DNA from: Candidatus Aminicenantales bacterium
Lineage (GTDB): Bacteria > Acidobacteriota > Aminicenantia > Aminicenantales > UBA8522
Length of the DNA stretch: 64,000 nt
Assembly (NCBI GenBank): GCA_049287565.1
Contig: JBAQGA010000239.1
Coordinates: 1,522 to 65,521, forward strand
Direction of reading: 5' to 3'
In this document: positions 17,507-27,343 of the stretch, one piece after another
Layout: every line of letters starts with the position of its first letter
Numbering within the stretch: position 1 is the stretch's first letter
Notes under the pieces: model-generated
Database searches by the model: none
Seen by the model: the letters and a program-made list of their open reading frames with translations, nothing else
What the model was told of the DNA's origin: nothing
Translations under genes and position numbers: made by a program

Positions 17507-19639
17507 ATGTCCAAGCTCGATTCCCTCTTCTATCCGAGGTCGATCGCCGTTATCGGCGCCTCCCGCCGGCCCGGAAGCGTCGGTCATTCGCTGCTCGCCA
17601 ATCTTTTGATGAACCGCTACCAGGGGATCATCTATCCGGTCAATCCGAATGCTTCGAGCGTCCTGAGCATCAAGTGTTATCCCCGTGTGCTCGAGATCTC
17701 GGACGACGTGGACCTGGCGGTCGTCATCGTCCCCAGCCGGTTCGTCGCCTCCGTCATCGAGGACTGCGGGAGGATGGGGATCAAGGCCGCCATCGTCATC
17801 AGCGCGGGCTTCAAGGAGATCGGGGGCAAAGGCGTCGACCTGGAACAGCGCGTTCTGGAGGTCAGCCGCAAGTATGACATCGCCCTGGTCGGGCCCAACT
17901 GCCTGGGGATCATCAACACCGACCCCGTCTCCCAGATGAGCGCGACCTTCGCCACGGACATGCCGAAGGTGGGAAACATCGGTTTCATCTCCCAGAGCGG
18001 GGCGCTCTGCGTGGCCGTGCTCAACTACGCCCAGGAAGCCAATATCGGCTTCTCCAAGTTCATCAGCATGGGGAACAAGGCCGGCGTCGGAGAGAACGAA
18101 CTCCTCTCCTACCTCAAGTCCGACCCCAAGACCGATGTCATTCTCATGTACCTCGAGGACCTGGTTAATGGCCGCGAGTTCATGCGGATCGCCCGCGAGA
18201 CCACCGGCTCCATCAAAAGGCCCAAACCGATCATCGCCCTCAAGGCCGGACGGACTTTGCCCGGCGCCCGGGCCGCGTCCTCCCATACCGGCTCGCTGGC
18301 CGGTTCGGACAGGGTTTACGACGCCATCTTTGAGCAGTCCGGTGTTCTGCGCGTGGAAACACTCGAGGAGCTCTTCGATTATGTCAAAGGGTTTTCCCGT
18401 CAGCCGCTTCCCGAAGGCCCCAACGTCGGAATCGTCACCAACTCCGGCGGCCCGGGTATCCTGGCCACTGATGCCTGCATCCGCCACGGTCTGAACATCC
18501 CTCCGCTCAGCGGCCCCACGGTTTCGAAGTTGCGCCGGGTCCTGCCGAAGACGGCCAGCCTTCATAATCCCGTGGACCTGGTGGCCGAGGCTCAGGCCGA
18601 GCAGTATGAAGCCGCCTTGAGGTCCGTCCTCAGGGATCGCCAGATCCATTCGGCCATCGTCATCCTCACCTCCACGGCCTTTACTGAAGTGGACAAGATC
18701 TCGGCGGCGGTCGTCAAGGTCGCCGGCGAATTCGAGAAGCCGGTCGTCAGCTGTCTTCTCGGCGTGTTCGACGTTTCCAAGGGGATCGAGATCCTCGAAG
18801 CCGACGGGATTCCCAACTACCGTTTTCCCGAATCGGCAGCCCGGGTTCTCTCCGAGATGGCCAAGTTCACGCTCTGGCGCGGCCGGCCGCAGACGCGCGC
18901 CCGGGCTTATCGCGTCGATAAGGTCAAGGTCAAAGCGATCTTTGACGCGGTTAAGAAAGAAGGCCGTCGGTTTCTGCTCGAGCAGGAAGCCTATGACGTT
19001 CTCCGGGCCTATCGCTTCCCGGTGATCGAGTCGCGGCTCGCCGGGACCGAGGGCGAGGCCGCCGAGGCCGCCCGGAAGATCGGCTTTCCGGTTGTCCTGA
19101 AGATCGCCTCGGCCGATGTCGTCCACAAGTTCGATTTTGACGCTGTCCGGCTCGACCTCAAGGACGAGGCCGAGGTCAGGCAGGCCTACCGGGAGATTCT
19201 GAAAAACGTCCGCCGCCGCAAAAGGAATGCCCGGATCGCCGGGGTCACCGTCGAGAAGATGGCCCGGCCGGGAAAAGAGATCATCCTGGGCATGAGCCGA
19301 GACCTCCAGTTCGGGCCGGTCCTGATGTTCGGCTTGGGCGGCATCTATGTCGAAGCCCTCGAGGATGTCTCCTTCCGCCTGGCGCCTATCCGTGAATATT
19401 CGGCCCTGGCCATGATCAGGAAGACAAAGACCCACAAGATCCTGGAAGGTTTTCGGGGCGGGCCCGTCTATGACCTGGAGGCCATCGCCGAATGCCTGAA
19501 AAAACTGTCCCAACTGGTCGTCGATTTCGAGGACATCCAGGAGCTGGACATCAACCCGCTGTTCGTCTACGAGAAAGGACAGGGCTGCCGCGTCGTCGAC
19601 GCCCGGATCGTCATCAAAGACGACGTCCACCGTCCATAG
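17507..19639 (+). CDS. Acetyl/acyl-CoA synthetase (ADP/NDP-forming), fused alpha+beta
   Basis: N-terminal CoA-binding Rossmann domain (SIAVIGASRRPGSVG). A succinyl-CoA-synthetase-like ligase domain. A C-terminal ATP-grasp domain (GFPVVLKIAS...). 710 aa. The antisense ORF 17261..19630 is rejected. Confidence 0.85.
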   Translation: MSKLDSLFYPRSIAVIGASRRPGSVGHSLLANLLMNRYQGIIYPVNPNASSVLSIKCYPRVLEISDDVDLAVVIVPSRFVASVIEDCGRMGIKAAIVISAGFKEIGGKGVDLEQRVLEVSRKYDIALVGPNCLGIINTDPVSQMSATFATDMPKVGNIGFISQSGALCVAVLNYAQEANIGFSKFISMGNKAGVGENELLSYLKSDPKTDVILMYLEDLVNGREFMRIARETTGSIKRPKPIIALKAGRTLPGARAASSHTGSLAGSDRVYDAIFEQSGVLRVETLEELFDYVKGFSRQPLPEGPNVGIVTNSGGPGILATDACIRHGLNIPPLSGPTVSKLRRVLPKTASLHNPVDLVAEAQAEQYEAALRSVLRDRQIHSAIVILTSTAFTEVDKISAAVVKVAGEFEKPVVSCLLGVFDVSKGIEILEADGIPNYRFPESAARVLSEMAKFTLWRGRPQTRARAYRVDKVKVKAIFDAVKKEGRRFLLEQEAYDVLRAYRFPVIESRLAGTEGEAAEAARKIGFPVVLKIASADVVHKFDFDAVRLDLKDEAEVRQAYREILKNVRRRKRNARIAGVTVEKMARPGKEIILGMSRDLQFGPVLMFGLGGIYVEALEDVSFRLAPIREYSALAMIRKTKTHKILEGFRGGPVYDLEAIAECLKKLSQLVVDFEDIQELDINPLFVYEKGQGCRVVDARIVIKDDVHRP

Positions 19640-19681
19640 TCCCGATTTATCGAGATTGTGGTATAATATTGACCTTTGATA

Positions 19682-20977
19682 ATGGCCTTATTTCAGAAAA
19701 AGAAAAGAACGCGGACCTGCATCATCGGCCTGGACGGAGTCCCCTACTCTCTCGTCCTCGAGCTGGCCGACCGGGGGATTATGCCGTCGTTGGCCGGACT
19801 CCTCAAGAGCGGCCACCTGCACAGGATGAAGGCCAGCCTCCCCGAGATCTCGGCCGTGTCCTGGACGGATTTCATGACCGGTGTGGATTCCGGCTCCCAC
19901 GGCATCTTCGGGTTCAGCGACCTCAAGCCCGGCTCCTACGGGATGCGTTTCCCCAATTTTTCCGACGTCAAGCGGGAGACCATCTGGGACATCCTGGGGA
20001 AGCAGGGACGGAAATCGATCATCATCAACCAGCCCTCGACCTATCCGGCCCGTCCCCTTAACGGCGTGCTGATTGCGGGGTTCGTCGCCCTCGACCTCGC
20101 CAAAGCCGTCTTCCCCCTGTCACAGAAAACAGCGCTGGAGCGGCTGGGCTACCGGATCGATATCGATACCATGAAGTCCCGGGAAGACCACGCCTTCCTC
20201 TGGCAGGAGCTCCAGACGACCCTGGACGGCCGGGAGAAGGCGCTGGACCACTTCTGGAAAGAGGACTGGGATTATTTCGAGTTCGTCATCACCGGGACCG
20301 ACAGGCTCCATCATTTTCTCTGGAACGCCTATGCGGATGAAAGCCATTCCTTTCATGCCAAATTCCTGGATTATTACCGCCGGGTCGACGGGATCATCGG
20401 CCGGATCGTCCGCTCCTTCCGCAGCTTGAGGGGAAGCGACGGCGGCCTCCATCTCCTTTCCGATCACGGCTTCTGTCAGATCGAGCAGGAGGTCTATCTC
20501 AACGCCTGGCTCGAGGAGAAAGGTTATCTCCGCTTCAGCGGCGAGACGCCCGGCGAACTCGGAGACATCGCCGCCGGCAGCGTCGCCTTCGCCCTGGACC
20601 CGAACCGGATCTATCTTCACCTCGTGGATCGTTTTCCAAAAGGCGCCGTCACTCCGGCCGACCGGCCGGCGCTGAAAGAAAGAATCTCCCGGGAACTCAA
20701 GGAGCTGACCTTTGAGGGTCGTCCGGTCATCCGCCGCGTCTTCGATGCGGAGAAGACCTATTCCGGTCCGTTTGTCCCCTCCGGGCCCGACCTCCTCGTC
20801 CTGGCCGAACCCGGTTTCGACCTCAAAGGGTCGATCAAGAAGAAAGATGTTTTCGGCCGGACCAACCTGGAAGGCATGCATACCTGGGACGACGCCTTCT
20901 TCTGGGCTGACCGGAAGGTTGGAGACGACCTGAGGATCAGTCAGCTGTCCGCCCACATCCTGAGCCATTTCTCATGA
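19682..20977 (+). CDS. Alkaline-phosphatase superfamily, type I phosphodiesterase/nucleotide pyrophosphatase (NPP) family protein, cytoplasmic paralog
   Basis: Shares IIGLDG, a Thr-nucleophile region (SAVSWTDFMTGVDSGSHGIFGF), LLSDHGF and a C-terminal GMHTWDD metal-ligand motif with the two downstream paralogs. No signal peptide. 431 aa. Confidence 0.7.
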   Translation: MALFQKKKRTRTCIIGLDGVPYSLVLELADRGIMPSLAGLLKSGHLHRMKASLPEISAVSWTDFMTGVDSGSHGIFGFSDLKPGSYGMRFPNFSDVKRETIWDILGKQGRKSIIINQPSTYPARPLNGVLIAGFVALDLAKAVFPLSQKTALERLGYRIDIDTMKSREDHAFLWQELQTTLDGREKALDHFWKEDWDYFEFVITGTDRLHHFLWNAYADESHSFHAKFLDYYRRVDGIIGRIVRSFRSLRGSDGGLHLLSDHGFCQIEQEVYLNAWLEEKGYLRFSGETPGELGDIAAGSVAFALDPNRIYLHLVDRFPKGAVTPADRPALKERISRELKELTFEGRPVIRRVFDAEKTYSGPFVPSGPDLLVLAEPGFDLKGSIKKKDVFGRTNLEGMHTWDDAFFWADRKVGDDLRISQLSAHILSHFS

Positions 20978-23118
20978 ACAAAAACTTTCCAACACGAACA
21001 CTTCTCATCGTTATAGGACTCCTTTTTTGTTGCGGCCTGCCCGCCCAGGCATACATAGGTCCGGGCGCCGGGTTCGCTTTTCTCTCCTCGTTCCTCGTCT
21101 TTTTCCTCACCTTTTTCCTGGCCGTTTTCTCTTTTCTTTCCTGGCCTTTTCGCCTGCTCATCCGGATGATCAAGGGCCGAAGAACACTCAAGGGTGCGCT
21201 CGTCGACAAGGTGGTCATCATCGGACTGGACGGGCTCGAACCCACGCTGGCCGAAAAATTCATGAGCGAGGGCAAGCTCCCCCATCTCTCCAGGCTTAAG
21301 AAAGAAGGCACCTACGCGCGCCTCCAGACAACGACCCCGGCCATCTCGCCGGTGGCCTGGTCGTCTTTCATGACCGGCTCCGAGCCGTCCAAACACAACA
21401 TCTTCGATTTTCTCAGCCGTGACCCGCGGACCTACCTCCCCTCCCTGTCGTCCGCCTATATCGGCCGTCCGAAAAGAGTCCTTTCCCTAGGGAAGTACTC
21501 CATTCCTCTGTCCAAGCCCGAGATCCGGGGGATGAGGAAGAGCGTACCCTTCTGGAAGACCCTGGGAGATGCCGGCATCTTCAGCACCGTCCTCCGCGTG
21601 CCGATCACCTTTCCGCCGGAAAAATTCTCCGGCCACCTCCTCTCCGGGATGTGCGCGCCGGACCTCAAGGGGAGCCAGGGAACGTTCGCTTTTTACACCA
21701 CCGACTCGGCCAAGATAACGAAGCGGGAGGGCGGAGTGGCCATTCCTGTCGAGGTCCGGGATGACCGGGTGGAAACCTATATTTCCGGGCCGGAAAATTC
21801 ACTCATCAAGAGCGCTCCGGAGATCCGCATCCCCCTGAGGATCGAGATCCGCCGGGAAAAACGCGAGGTCAGAGTCCACGTTTCCGGCCAACGATTCGAC
21901 CTCCGGGCCGGCGAGTTCTCTCCCTGGACCCGGATCGTCTTCAAGCCGGGGCTGGGGATGAAGGTCAAAGCCGTTGCCCGCTTCTATGTCTCCTCGCTCG
22001 ACCCTCACTTCGAGATGTACATGACCCCCTTGAACATCGATCCGGAGAAACCGGCCCTGCCCATCTCTCATCCTTTTATCTATTCCGTCTATCTCAGCAA
22101 GCTCCTGGGAAGTTTCATCACCCTCGGCGAAGCCAACGATACCTGGGCCCTGAACGAGGGCGCGCTCAAAGAGGCTCCCTTCCTCGATCTCACCTATTCC
22201 AACCACAGGGAATGGGAAGCGATGCTTTTCAACGCCCTGGCCAAGACGAAAAGAGGAACCGTTATCTGCGTTTTCGAGACCACCGACAGCATCCAACACA
22301 TGTTCTGGAGGTATCTGGACAAGGCCCATCCGGCCCTCCGGACGACGTCACCGGAGATGAGCTCCCAGGTCATCGAGGACCTCTACACAAAGATGGATGA
22401 CCTGATCGGCCGGGTCAGGGCCAAGCTCGACTCCCGGAGCGCCCTCATCGTCATGTCGGACCACGGCTTCAAGTCCTTCCGCCGGGGCGTCAACCTCAAC
22501 TCCTGGCTCTATCTCAACGGCTATCTGAGTCTCAAAGACGGGAAGACCGCAAGTGAAGAATGGTTCAAGGACGTGGATTGGGAGAAAACCAGAGCCTATG
22601 CCCTGGGGCTGGGAGGGCTGTACATCAACCAAAAGGGCCGGGAAGCAAAAGGCATCGTCGGGGCCGGAGAAGAAACGCGGGCCCTCAAGGCGGAACTGAT
22701 CACCAAACTCAACCGGCTTCGGGACGAGGCCGCCGGCGACGTCGCCATCACCGAGGCTTATGACCGTGACCGGATCTATGCAGGACCGTACGTCCATAAC
22801 GCGCCCGACCTCGTCATCGGCTACAACCAGGGGTTTCGGGCCTCCTGGGATTCGGTGACGGGAAAGGTCAACGGCACCATCTTCGAAGACAATATCAAGG
22901 CCTGGAGCGGCGACCACTGCATCGATCCCCGGCACGTCCCCGGCGTTTTCTACTTCAGCCGGAAGACGGCTTCCAAGACGCCTTCGATCATGGATGTGGC
23001 GCCGACCGTTCTGACCCTCTTCGGGCTTCCGGCGCCGGCCCACATGGACGGCCGTCCGCTCCTGGATTCGGAGGCGCCGCCTGAAACACCGCCAAGAAAT
23101 AAAGGAGATAAAAAATGA
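20974..23118 (+). CDS. NPP/alkaline-phosphatase family protein, membrane-anchored paralog with an inserted beta-rich domain
   Basis: N-terminal TM segments. VIIGLDGLEP, TTPAISPVAWSSFMTGSEPSKHNIF, VMSDHGFKSF and WSGDHCIDP motifs. An insert of about 250 aa relative to paralog 1. ATGA overlap with the upstream gene. Confidence 0.7.
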   Translation: MNKNFPTRTLLIVIGLLFCCGLPAQAYIGPGAGFAFLSSFLVFFLTFFLAVFSFLSWPFRLLIRMIKGRRTLKGALVDKVVIIGLDGLEPTLAEKFMSEGKLPHLSRLKKEGTYARLQTTTPAISPVAWSSFMTGSEPSKHNIFDFLSRDPRTYLPSLSSAYIGRPKRVLSLGKYSIPLSKPEIRGMRKSVPFWKTLGDAGIFSTVLRVPITFPPEKFSGHLLSGMCAPDLKGSQGTFAFYTTDSAKITKREGGVAIPVEVRDDRVETYISGPENSLIKSAPEIRIPLRIEIRREKREVRVHVSGQRFDLRAGEFSPWTRIVFKPGLGMKVKAVARFYVSSLDPHFEMYMTPLNIDPEKPALPISHPFIYSVYLSKLLGSFITLGEANDTWALNEGALKEAPFLDLTYSNHREWEAMLFNALAKTKRGTVICVFETTDSIQHMFWRYLDKAHPALRTTSPEMSSQVIEDLYTKMDDLIGRVRAKLDSRSALIVMSDHGFKSFRRGVNLNSWLYLNGYLSLKDGKTASEEWFKDVDWEKTRAYALGLGGLYINQKGREAKGIVGAGEETRALKAELITKLNRLRDEAAGDVAITEAYDRDRIYAGPYVHNAPDLVIGYNQGFRASWDSVTGKVNGTIFEDNIKAWSGDHCIDPRHVPGVFYFSRKTASKTPSIMDVAPTVLTLFGLPAPAHMDGRPLLDSEAPPETPPRNKGDKK

Positions 23119-25100
23119 GCAGCATGAATAGACGGGAATTCCTCAAACAAGGCCTGGCCGCCTCTTCCTTGCTGGCTGCCGGTAGCGGCCTCGCGCCTCT
23201 TCTTCGCGGCTCCGGCAGGAGCGCGACCAGGGCCAAGGTGCTGGTCCTCGGGTTCGACGGCCTGGACCCGAAGCTCCTCTATCGCTGGCTGGATGAAGGA
23301 AAACTGCCGTCCTTCGCCCGGCTCATCGCAGCCGGAGGTTTCCGGCCGCTCGGCACAAGCATTCCACCGCAAAGTCCAGTGGCCTGGTCGAATTTCATCA
23401 CCGGCACCGACCCGGGAGGTCACGGCATCTTTGACTTCATCCACCGCGACCCGAACACCTACATCCCTATTTTCTCCGCCACCCTCTCAACCGAGGCCAA
23501 GAAAGCACTCAAGATCGGCGACCTTGTGCTTCCCTTGAGCGGCGGCGAGGTCAAGAACCTGATCCAGGCGAAGGCGTTCTGGCAGGTCCTGGAAGAGCAC
23601 GATATCCCGGCCACCGTTTTCAAGATGCCTTCGAACTATCCACCCGTTCCGACCAAACAGCGGACCCTTTCCGGCATGGGTACGCCCGACCTCAAAGGAA
23701 GCTACGGAATCTCCTGTTTCTATACGACCGATCCCGATATGCCCAAGGGAGAGCTTTCTGGCGGGAGGGTTTATGAGGTCTACGTTATCGGGAACCGGGT
23801 CGAGGCCAAGCTTCCCGGACCGGTCAACACTTTCAAGAAAGACCGGCCGGAAGCCCTCATTGACTTTCAGGTCTTCGTCGATCCCGTCCATCCGATGGCC
23901 AAAGTCGTCCTGCCGGACCAGGAATTTATCATCAAGGAAAAGGAATGGAGCGGCTGGAAGAGGGTCAATTTCGGCCTCATCCCGACTCAGAGTGTAAGCG
24001 GGATCTGCATGTTCTACCTCAAGGAGGTCCGTCCCCATTTCAAGCTCTATGTCAGCCCCATCAATATCGACCCGGCTCATCCGGCCCAGCCGATCTCGAC
24101 TCCGGGAAGCTACGCCCAGGAGCTGGAGCGGGTCTTCGGGCCCTTCTTCACCAAGGGCCTTCCGGCCGACACCTCGGCCCTCGACAACAATGTCCTCGAC
24201 GAGGAAGAGTTCCTGGAGCAGGACGACATGATCCTGCGGGAGCGCGAGCAGATGTTCGACTACGAGTTCAAGCGTTTTGAATCCGGACTTCTTTTCTATT
24301 ACGTTTCGAGTACCGACCAACGTCAGCACATGTTCTGGCGTTTGCTGGACGAGATGCACCCGGAATACGACCCCCGGCTCGCCGCTCGCTACGGGCGGAC
24401 CATCGAAAACATCTACGTCGAAGCAGACCGCTTCCTCGGGCGGGTTCTGCCGAAGATCGACAAGGAAACTGTGCTCCTGGTCATGTCCGACCACGGATTC
24501 AATCCCTTCCGCCGGGCCTTCAACCTCAACACTTGGCTTTTCGAGAACGGATACCACAGGCTGCGCAACCCCTGGAAACAGGGGGAAGGGAGTTTCTTTG
24601 ATAACACCGATTGGTCGAGGACGAAAGCCTATGGGATCGGCCTCAACGGCCTCTATATCAACCAGAGGAGCCGGGAGAGAGAGGGAATCGTCAATCCCGG
24701 AGCCGACAGCGCGAATCTGATCCGGGAGATCGCCCAGAAGCTCGAACAGACGGTCGATCCCAAGACGGGTGAGCGGGCCATCCTCCGGGCTTTCATCTCC
24801 AAGGACGTCTATCACGGTTCCCAGATCGAACACGCCCCCGACATCATCTGCGGCTTCAACAAGGGCTATCGCATATCCTGGGATTCGCCCCTCGGCAAGT
24901 TCCCCAAAGATATCTTTTTAGATAACGGCGAGAAGTGGAGCGGCGACCATATGGGCGCTCCCGAGGTCCTCCCCGGGATCCTGGCCGCCAACCGCCCCAT
25001 CCGGGCCGACGCTCCGGCCCTCTACGACTTGACGGCCACGATCCTCGACTTATTCGGCCTCCCCAAGACGAAAGAGATGATCGGAAAACCCGTTTTTTGA
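23115..25100 (+). CDS. NPP/alkaline-phosphatase family protein, Tat-exported paralog
   Basis: Twin-arginine signal MNRREFLKQGLAASSLLAAGSGLA. LVLGFDGLDP, SIPPQSPVAWSNFITGTDPGGHGIF, VMSDHGFNPF and WSGDHMGAP motifs. ATGA overlap with the upstream gene. Confidence 0.7.
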   Translation: MSSMNRREFLKQGLAASSLLAAGSGLAPLLRGSGRSATRAKVLVLGFDGLDPKLLYRWLDEGKLPSFARLIAAGGFRPLGTSIPPQSPVAWSNFITGTDPGGHGIFDFIHRDPNTYIPIFSATLSTEAKKALKIGDLVLPLSGGEVKNLIQAKAFWQVLEEHDIPATVFKMPSNYPPVPTKQRTLSGMGTPDLKGSYGISCFYTTDPDMPKGELSGGRVYEVYVIGNRVEAKLPGPVNTFKKDRPEALIDFQVFVDPVHPMAKVVLPDQEFIIKEKEWSGWKRVNFGLIPTQSVSGICMFYLKEVRPHFKLYVSPINIDPAHPAQPISTPGSYAQELERVFGPFFTKGLPADTSALDNNVLDEEEFLEQDDMILREREQMFDYEFKRFESGLLFYYVSSTDQRQHMFWRLLDEMHPEYDPRLAARYGRTIENIYVEADRFLGRVLPKIDKETVLLVMSDHGFNPFRRAFNLNTWLFENGYHRLRNPWKQGEGSFFDNTDWSRTKAYGIGLNGLYINQRSREREGIVNPGADSANLIREIAQKLEQTVDPKTGERAILRAFISKDVYHGSQIEHAPDIICGFNKGYRISWDSPLGKFPKDIFLDNGEKWSGDHMGAPEVLPGILAANRPIRADAPALYDLTATILDLFGLPKTKEMIGKPVF

Positions 25101-25111
25101 GAGGAGATGGC

Positions 25112-25303
25112 ATGGGCAAATCGAAGATCAAACTGGACAAAGACCTGCTGGAGAAAGTTAGGAAATTCGCCAAAATCGTAGGCTACTCCTCTCCGGAGGA
25201 ATTCGTCACTCACTGTCTGGAGAAAGAGATCGCCCAGCTCGAGGAGTCCGACTCCGAAGAGGAAATCAAGAAGAAGCTCAAGGGACTCGGATATATATCC
25301 TGA
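25112..25303 (+). CDS. Small ribbon-helix-helix (CopG/Arc/MetJ-like) DNA-binding protein with an acidic tail
   Basis: GAGAGGAGA ribosome-binding site. KIKLDKDLLEKVRKFAKIVGYSSPEEFVTHCLEKEI fits the beta-strand/helix/helix RHH pattern. 63 aa. Its stop overlaps the next ATG. Confidence 0.45.
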   Translation: MGKSKIKLDKDLLEKVRKFAKIVGYSSPEEFVTHCLEKEIAQLEESDSEEEIKKKLKGLGYIS

Positions 25304-26130
25304 TGTGGCCCGTTAATACCGTCCTGGGCAAGCTCTTCGATCTCATCTTCCTGCCTTTCCGTTCGCTCAATCCGTGGGCCGGGATGGTCATCATCTCCCT
25401 TTTGACCGGGCTGCTTATGCTGTTCATCTATCGCTTGACTTCCAACCAAGGAGGCATCCGCGAGGTCAAGGACAAGATCAAAGCCCACCTCCTGGAACTT
25501 CGCCTCTATAAGGACAATATGGGCGTCACCATGAAAGCCCAGGGGCAGATCCTGCGCGCTAACCTGAGGTACATTGTCCTCAACTTCAAACCGCTGTTGG
25601 TGATGATCGTGCCTTTCGTCTTGGTCCTGGCCCAGCTCAACCTCTGGTTCGGATCCGAGCCGATGGAGGTCGGCCGGCCGGCCATCGTCAAGGTGGAACT
25701 GGCGCCCGAAATCAGGTTGCTGGATATGGAATTCGTGCTCGAGGCACCGCCGCAGATCACCGTCGAAACGCCGCCGCTCCGGCTTGAGGAACTCAAGGAA
25801 GTTGACTGGCGCATTCGTGCCGAATCGCCCGGCATCTTCGACCTCACCGTCAGGGCCGGGGAACAGAAGGTGCTTAAGACCGTGGTCGTGGAAGGCCGTC
25901 CCCTGCAAAAGATCTCCTCTCTCAAGGTGCGACGGAACCTCCTGGACGAGGTTCTCTATCCCGGGGAAAAACCGCTACCCGGGGGTAACCCGGTGCGTTC
26001 GGTCGAGCTCGCCTATCCGGCAGGCCGGCTCAATTTATTCAGGCTTCGTGTCCATTGGCTCATCGCCTATCTCGGATTATCGATTGTCTTCGGCTTCGCG
26101 CTGAAGCGGCCATTCAAGGTCGAGATCTGA
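25303..26130 (+). CDS. Membrane protein of unknown function (2 N-terminal and 1 C-terminal TM segments with a central soluble domain)
   Basis: Hydrophobic segments MVIISLLTGLLMLFIY, LLVMIVPFVLVLAQLNLWF and WLIAYLGLSIVFGFAL. Translationally coupled to the RHH gene. Confidence 0.5.
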   Translation: MWPVNTVLGKLFDLIFLPFRSLNPWAGMVIISLLTGLLMLFIYRLTSNQGGIREVKDKIKAHLLELRLYKDNMGVTMKAQGQILRANLRYIVLNFKPLLVMIVPFVLVLAQLNLWFGSEPMEVGRPAIVKVELAPEIRLLDMEFVLEAPPQITVETPPLRLEELKEVDWRIRAESPGIFDLTVRAGEQKVLKTVVVEGRPLQKISSLKVRRNLLDEVLYPGEKPLPGGNPVRSVELAYPAGRLNLFRLRVHWLIAYLGLSIVFGFALKRPFKVEI

Positions 26131-26152
26131 TCGCGCGAAAAAGGAGCAAGTC

Positions 26153-27277
26153 ATGAAGATCGAACAATTCCAGATGGAACGCATGCAGTCCACCTGGGAA
26201 AACGTGGTCGAATTCAACCTCTCAGAGAGCGGAGTCCATCCCCTCACCCTGGGACAGCTTCTCTCCGAACAAGAACTCCGGGAAGTCTTGGACATCGGCC
26301 TCGGTTACAGTCAGACCAACGGGACTCCCGAGCTCCGCGAACAGATCGTCCAGCTCTATCCGGGTGCCAACCTTGACCAGGTCCTGGTTACGGCCGGTTC
26401 ATCGGAAGCCAACTACCTCCTCATGTGGAGCAACCTTGAGCCCGGCGACGAGGTCGTTTTCATGATGCCCAACTACATGCAGATGTGGGGATTGGTGCGG
26501 GGCTTCGGGGCCGTCCTCAAGCCATTCTGGCTCAAAGAAGAGCTTGGCTGGGACCCCGATCTCGATGAACTCAGGGAACTGGTCACAGCCAGAACGAAAC
26601 TCATCATCGTCACCAACCCCAACAACCCGACCGGCGCTGTGTTGAGCCCGGAGGCCATGTCGGCCATCATCGATAACGCGGCCCGTGTCGGCGCTTGGAT
26701 CGTTGCCGACGAGGTCTATCAGGGGGCAGAACGCGAAGGCCCGATATCGCCGAGCTTCTGGGGGAAGTCCGACCGCGCCGTCATCGTCAACGGCCTGTCC
26801 AAAGCCTACGGTCTTCCCGGCGTCCGCATCGGCTGGATCGTCGGTGCGGAGGACTTTGTTCAGAAGACCTGGCCATACCATGACTACACCACCATCTCGC
26901 CGAGCATCCTCAGTGACCGCATCGCCCGGATCGCTCTCTCCCCCGTCAACCGGGAAAAGATCCTGGAGAGGACGCGCGGCATTCTCCGGAAGAATTTCCC
27001 GCTGATCGAGTCATGGCTGAACAAGCAGCCCGAGCTATTCTCCTACGTCCCGCCGCGGGCCGGAGCGATCGCCTACGCCCGCTATCATCATGAGATAAAC
27101 TCCACCGAGCTAGTCACCCGGCTCATCCGGGAGAAAAGCACCCTGATCGTGCCCGGCGACCACTTCGAGATGGACCGCTATCTCCGCTTCGGGTTCGGGT
27201 CCGAGCCGGAATATCTCGGGCACGGGCTGGCCTGCGTCGAGGAATTGTTCACCGAACTCAAGGCCGGCGGGCGCTAG
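26153..27277 (+). CDS. PLP-dependent aminotransferase, class I/II (aspartate aminotransferase fold)
   Basis: NPNNPTG motif. The SKAYGLPGVRIG region contains the PLP-binding lysine. 374 aa. Confidence 0.85.
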   Translation: MKIEQFQMERMQSTWENVVEFNLSESGVHPLTLGQLLSEQELREVLDIGLGYSQTNGTPELREQIVQLYPGANLDQVLVTAGSSEANYLLMWSNLEPGDEVVFMMPNYMQMWGLVRGFGAVLKPFWLKEELGWDPDLDELRELVTARTKLIIVTNPNNPTGAVLSPEAMSAIIDNAARVGAWIVADEVYQGAEREGPISPSFWGKSDRAVIVNGLSKAYGLPGVRIGWIVGAEDFVQKTWPYHDYTTISPSILSDRIARIALSPVNREKILERTRGILRKNFPLIESWLNKQPELFSYVPPRAGAIAYARYHHEINSTELVTRLIREKSTLIVPGDHFEMDRYLRFGFGSEPEYLGHGLACVEELFTELKAGGR

Positions 27278-27300
27278 GGTCTTTGTATCCGGTATTTCCG

Positions 27301-27340
27301 GCAGACGGGCCGAAATTCGGGGAAGATCGCCGTCTGTTTG
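27301..27340 (+). terminator. Weak candidate intrinsic terminator after the aminotransferase gene
   Basis: Inverted repeat CAGACGG...CCGTCTG followed by TTTG. The loop is large (about 20 nt), so the call is weak. Lies in the convergent gap before the outer-membrane protein gene. Confidence 0.25.
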
Positions 27341-27343
27341 GGG

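Noticed and set aside
17261-19630. 789-aa minus-strand ORF
   Set aside because: It is antisense to the ADP-forming acyl-CoA synthetase, which has clear CoA-binding and ATP-grasp motifs. It is a GC-driven open frame.
20120-24833. Minus-strand ORFs 20120..20968, 21799..22329, 22348..23043 and 23487..24833
   Set aside because: They are antisense to the three NPP-family paralogs, whose plus-strand frames carry conserved catalytic motifs and are translationally coupled.
19682-25100. Possibility that the three alkaline-phosphatase-superfamily paralogs are sulfatases
   Set aside because: No C/S-x-P-x-R formylglycine signature is present. The nucleophile region (T-P-A-I-S-P-V-A-W-S) and the DHGF and W.GDH motifs fit the NPP/PhnA-type (PF01663) branch instead.
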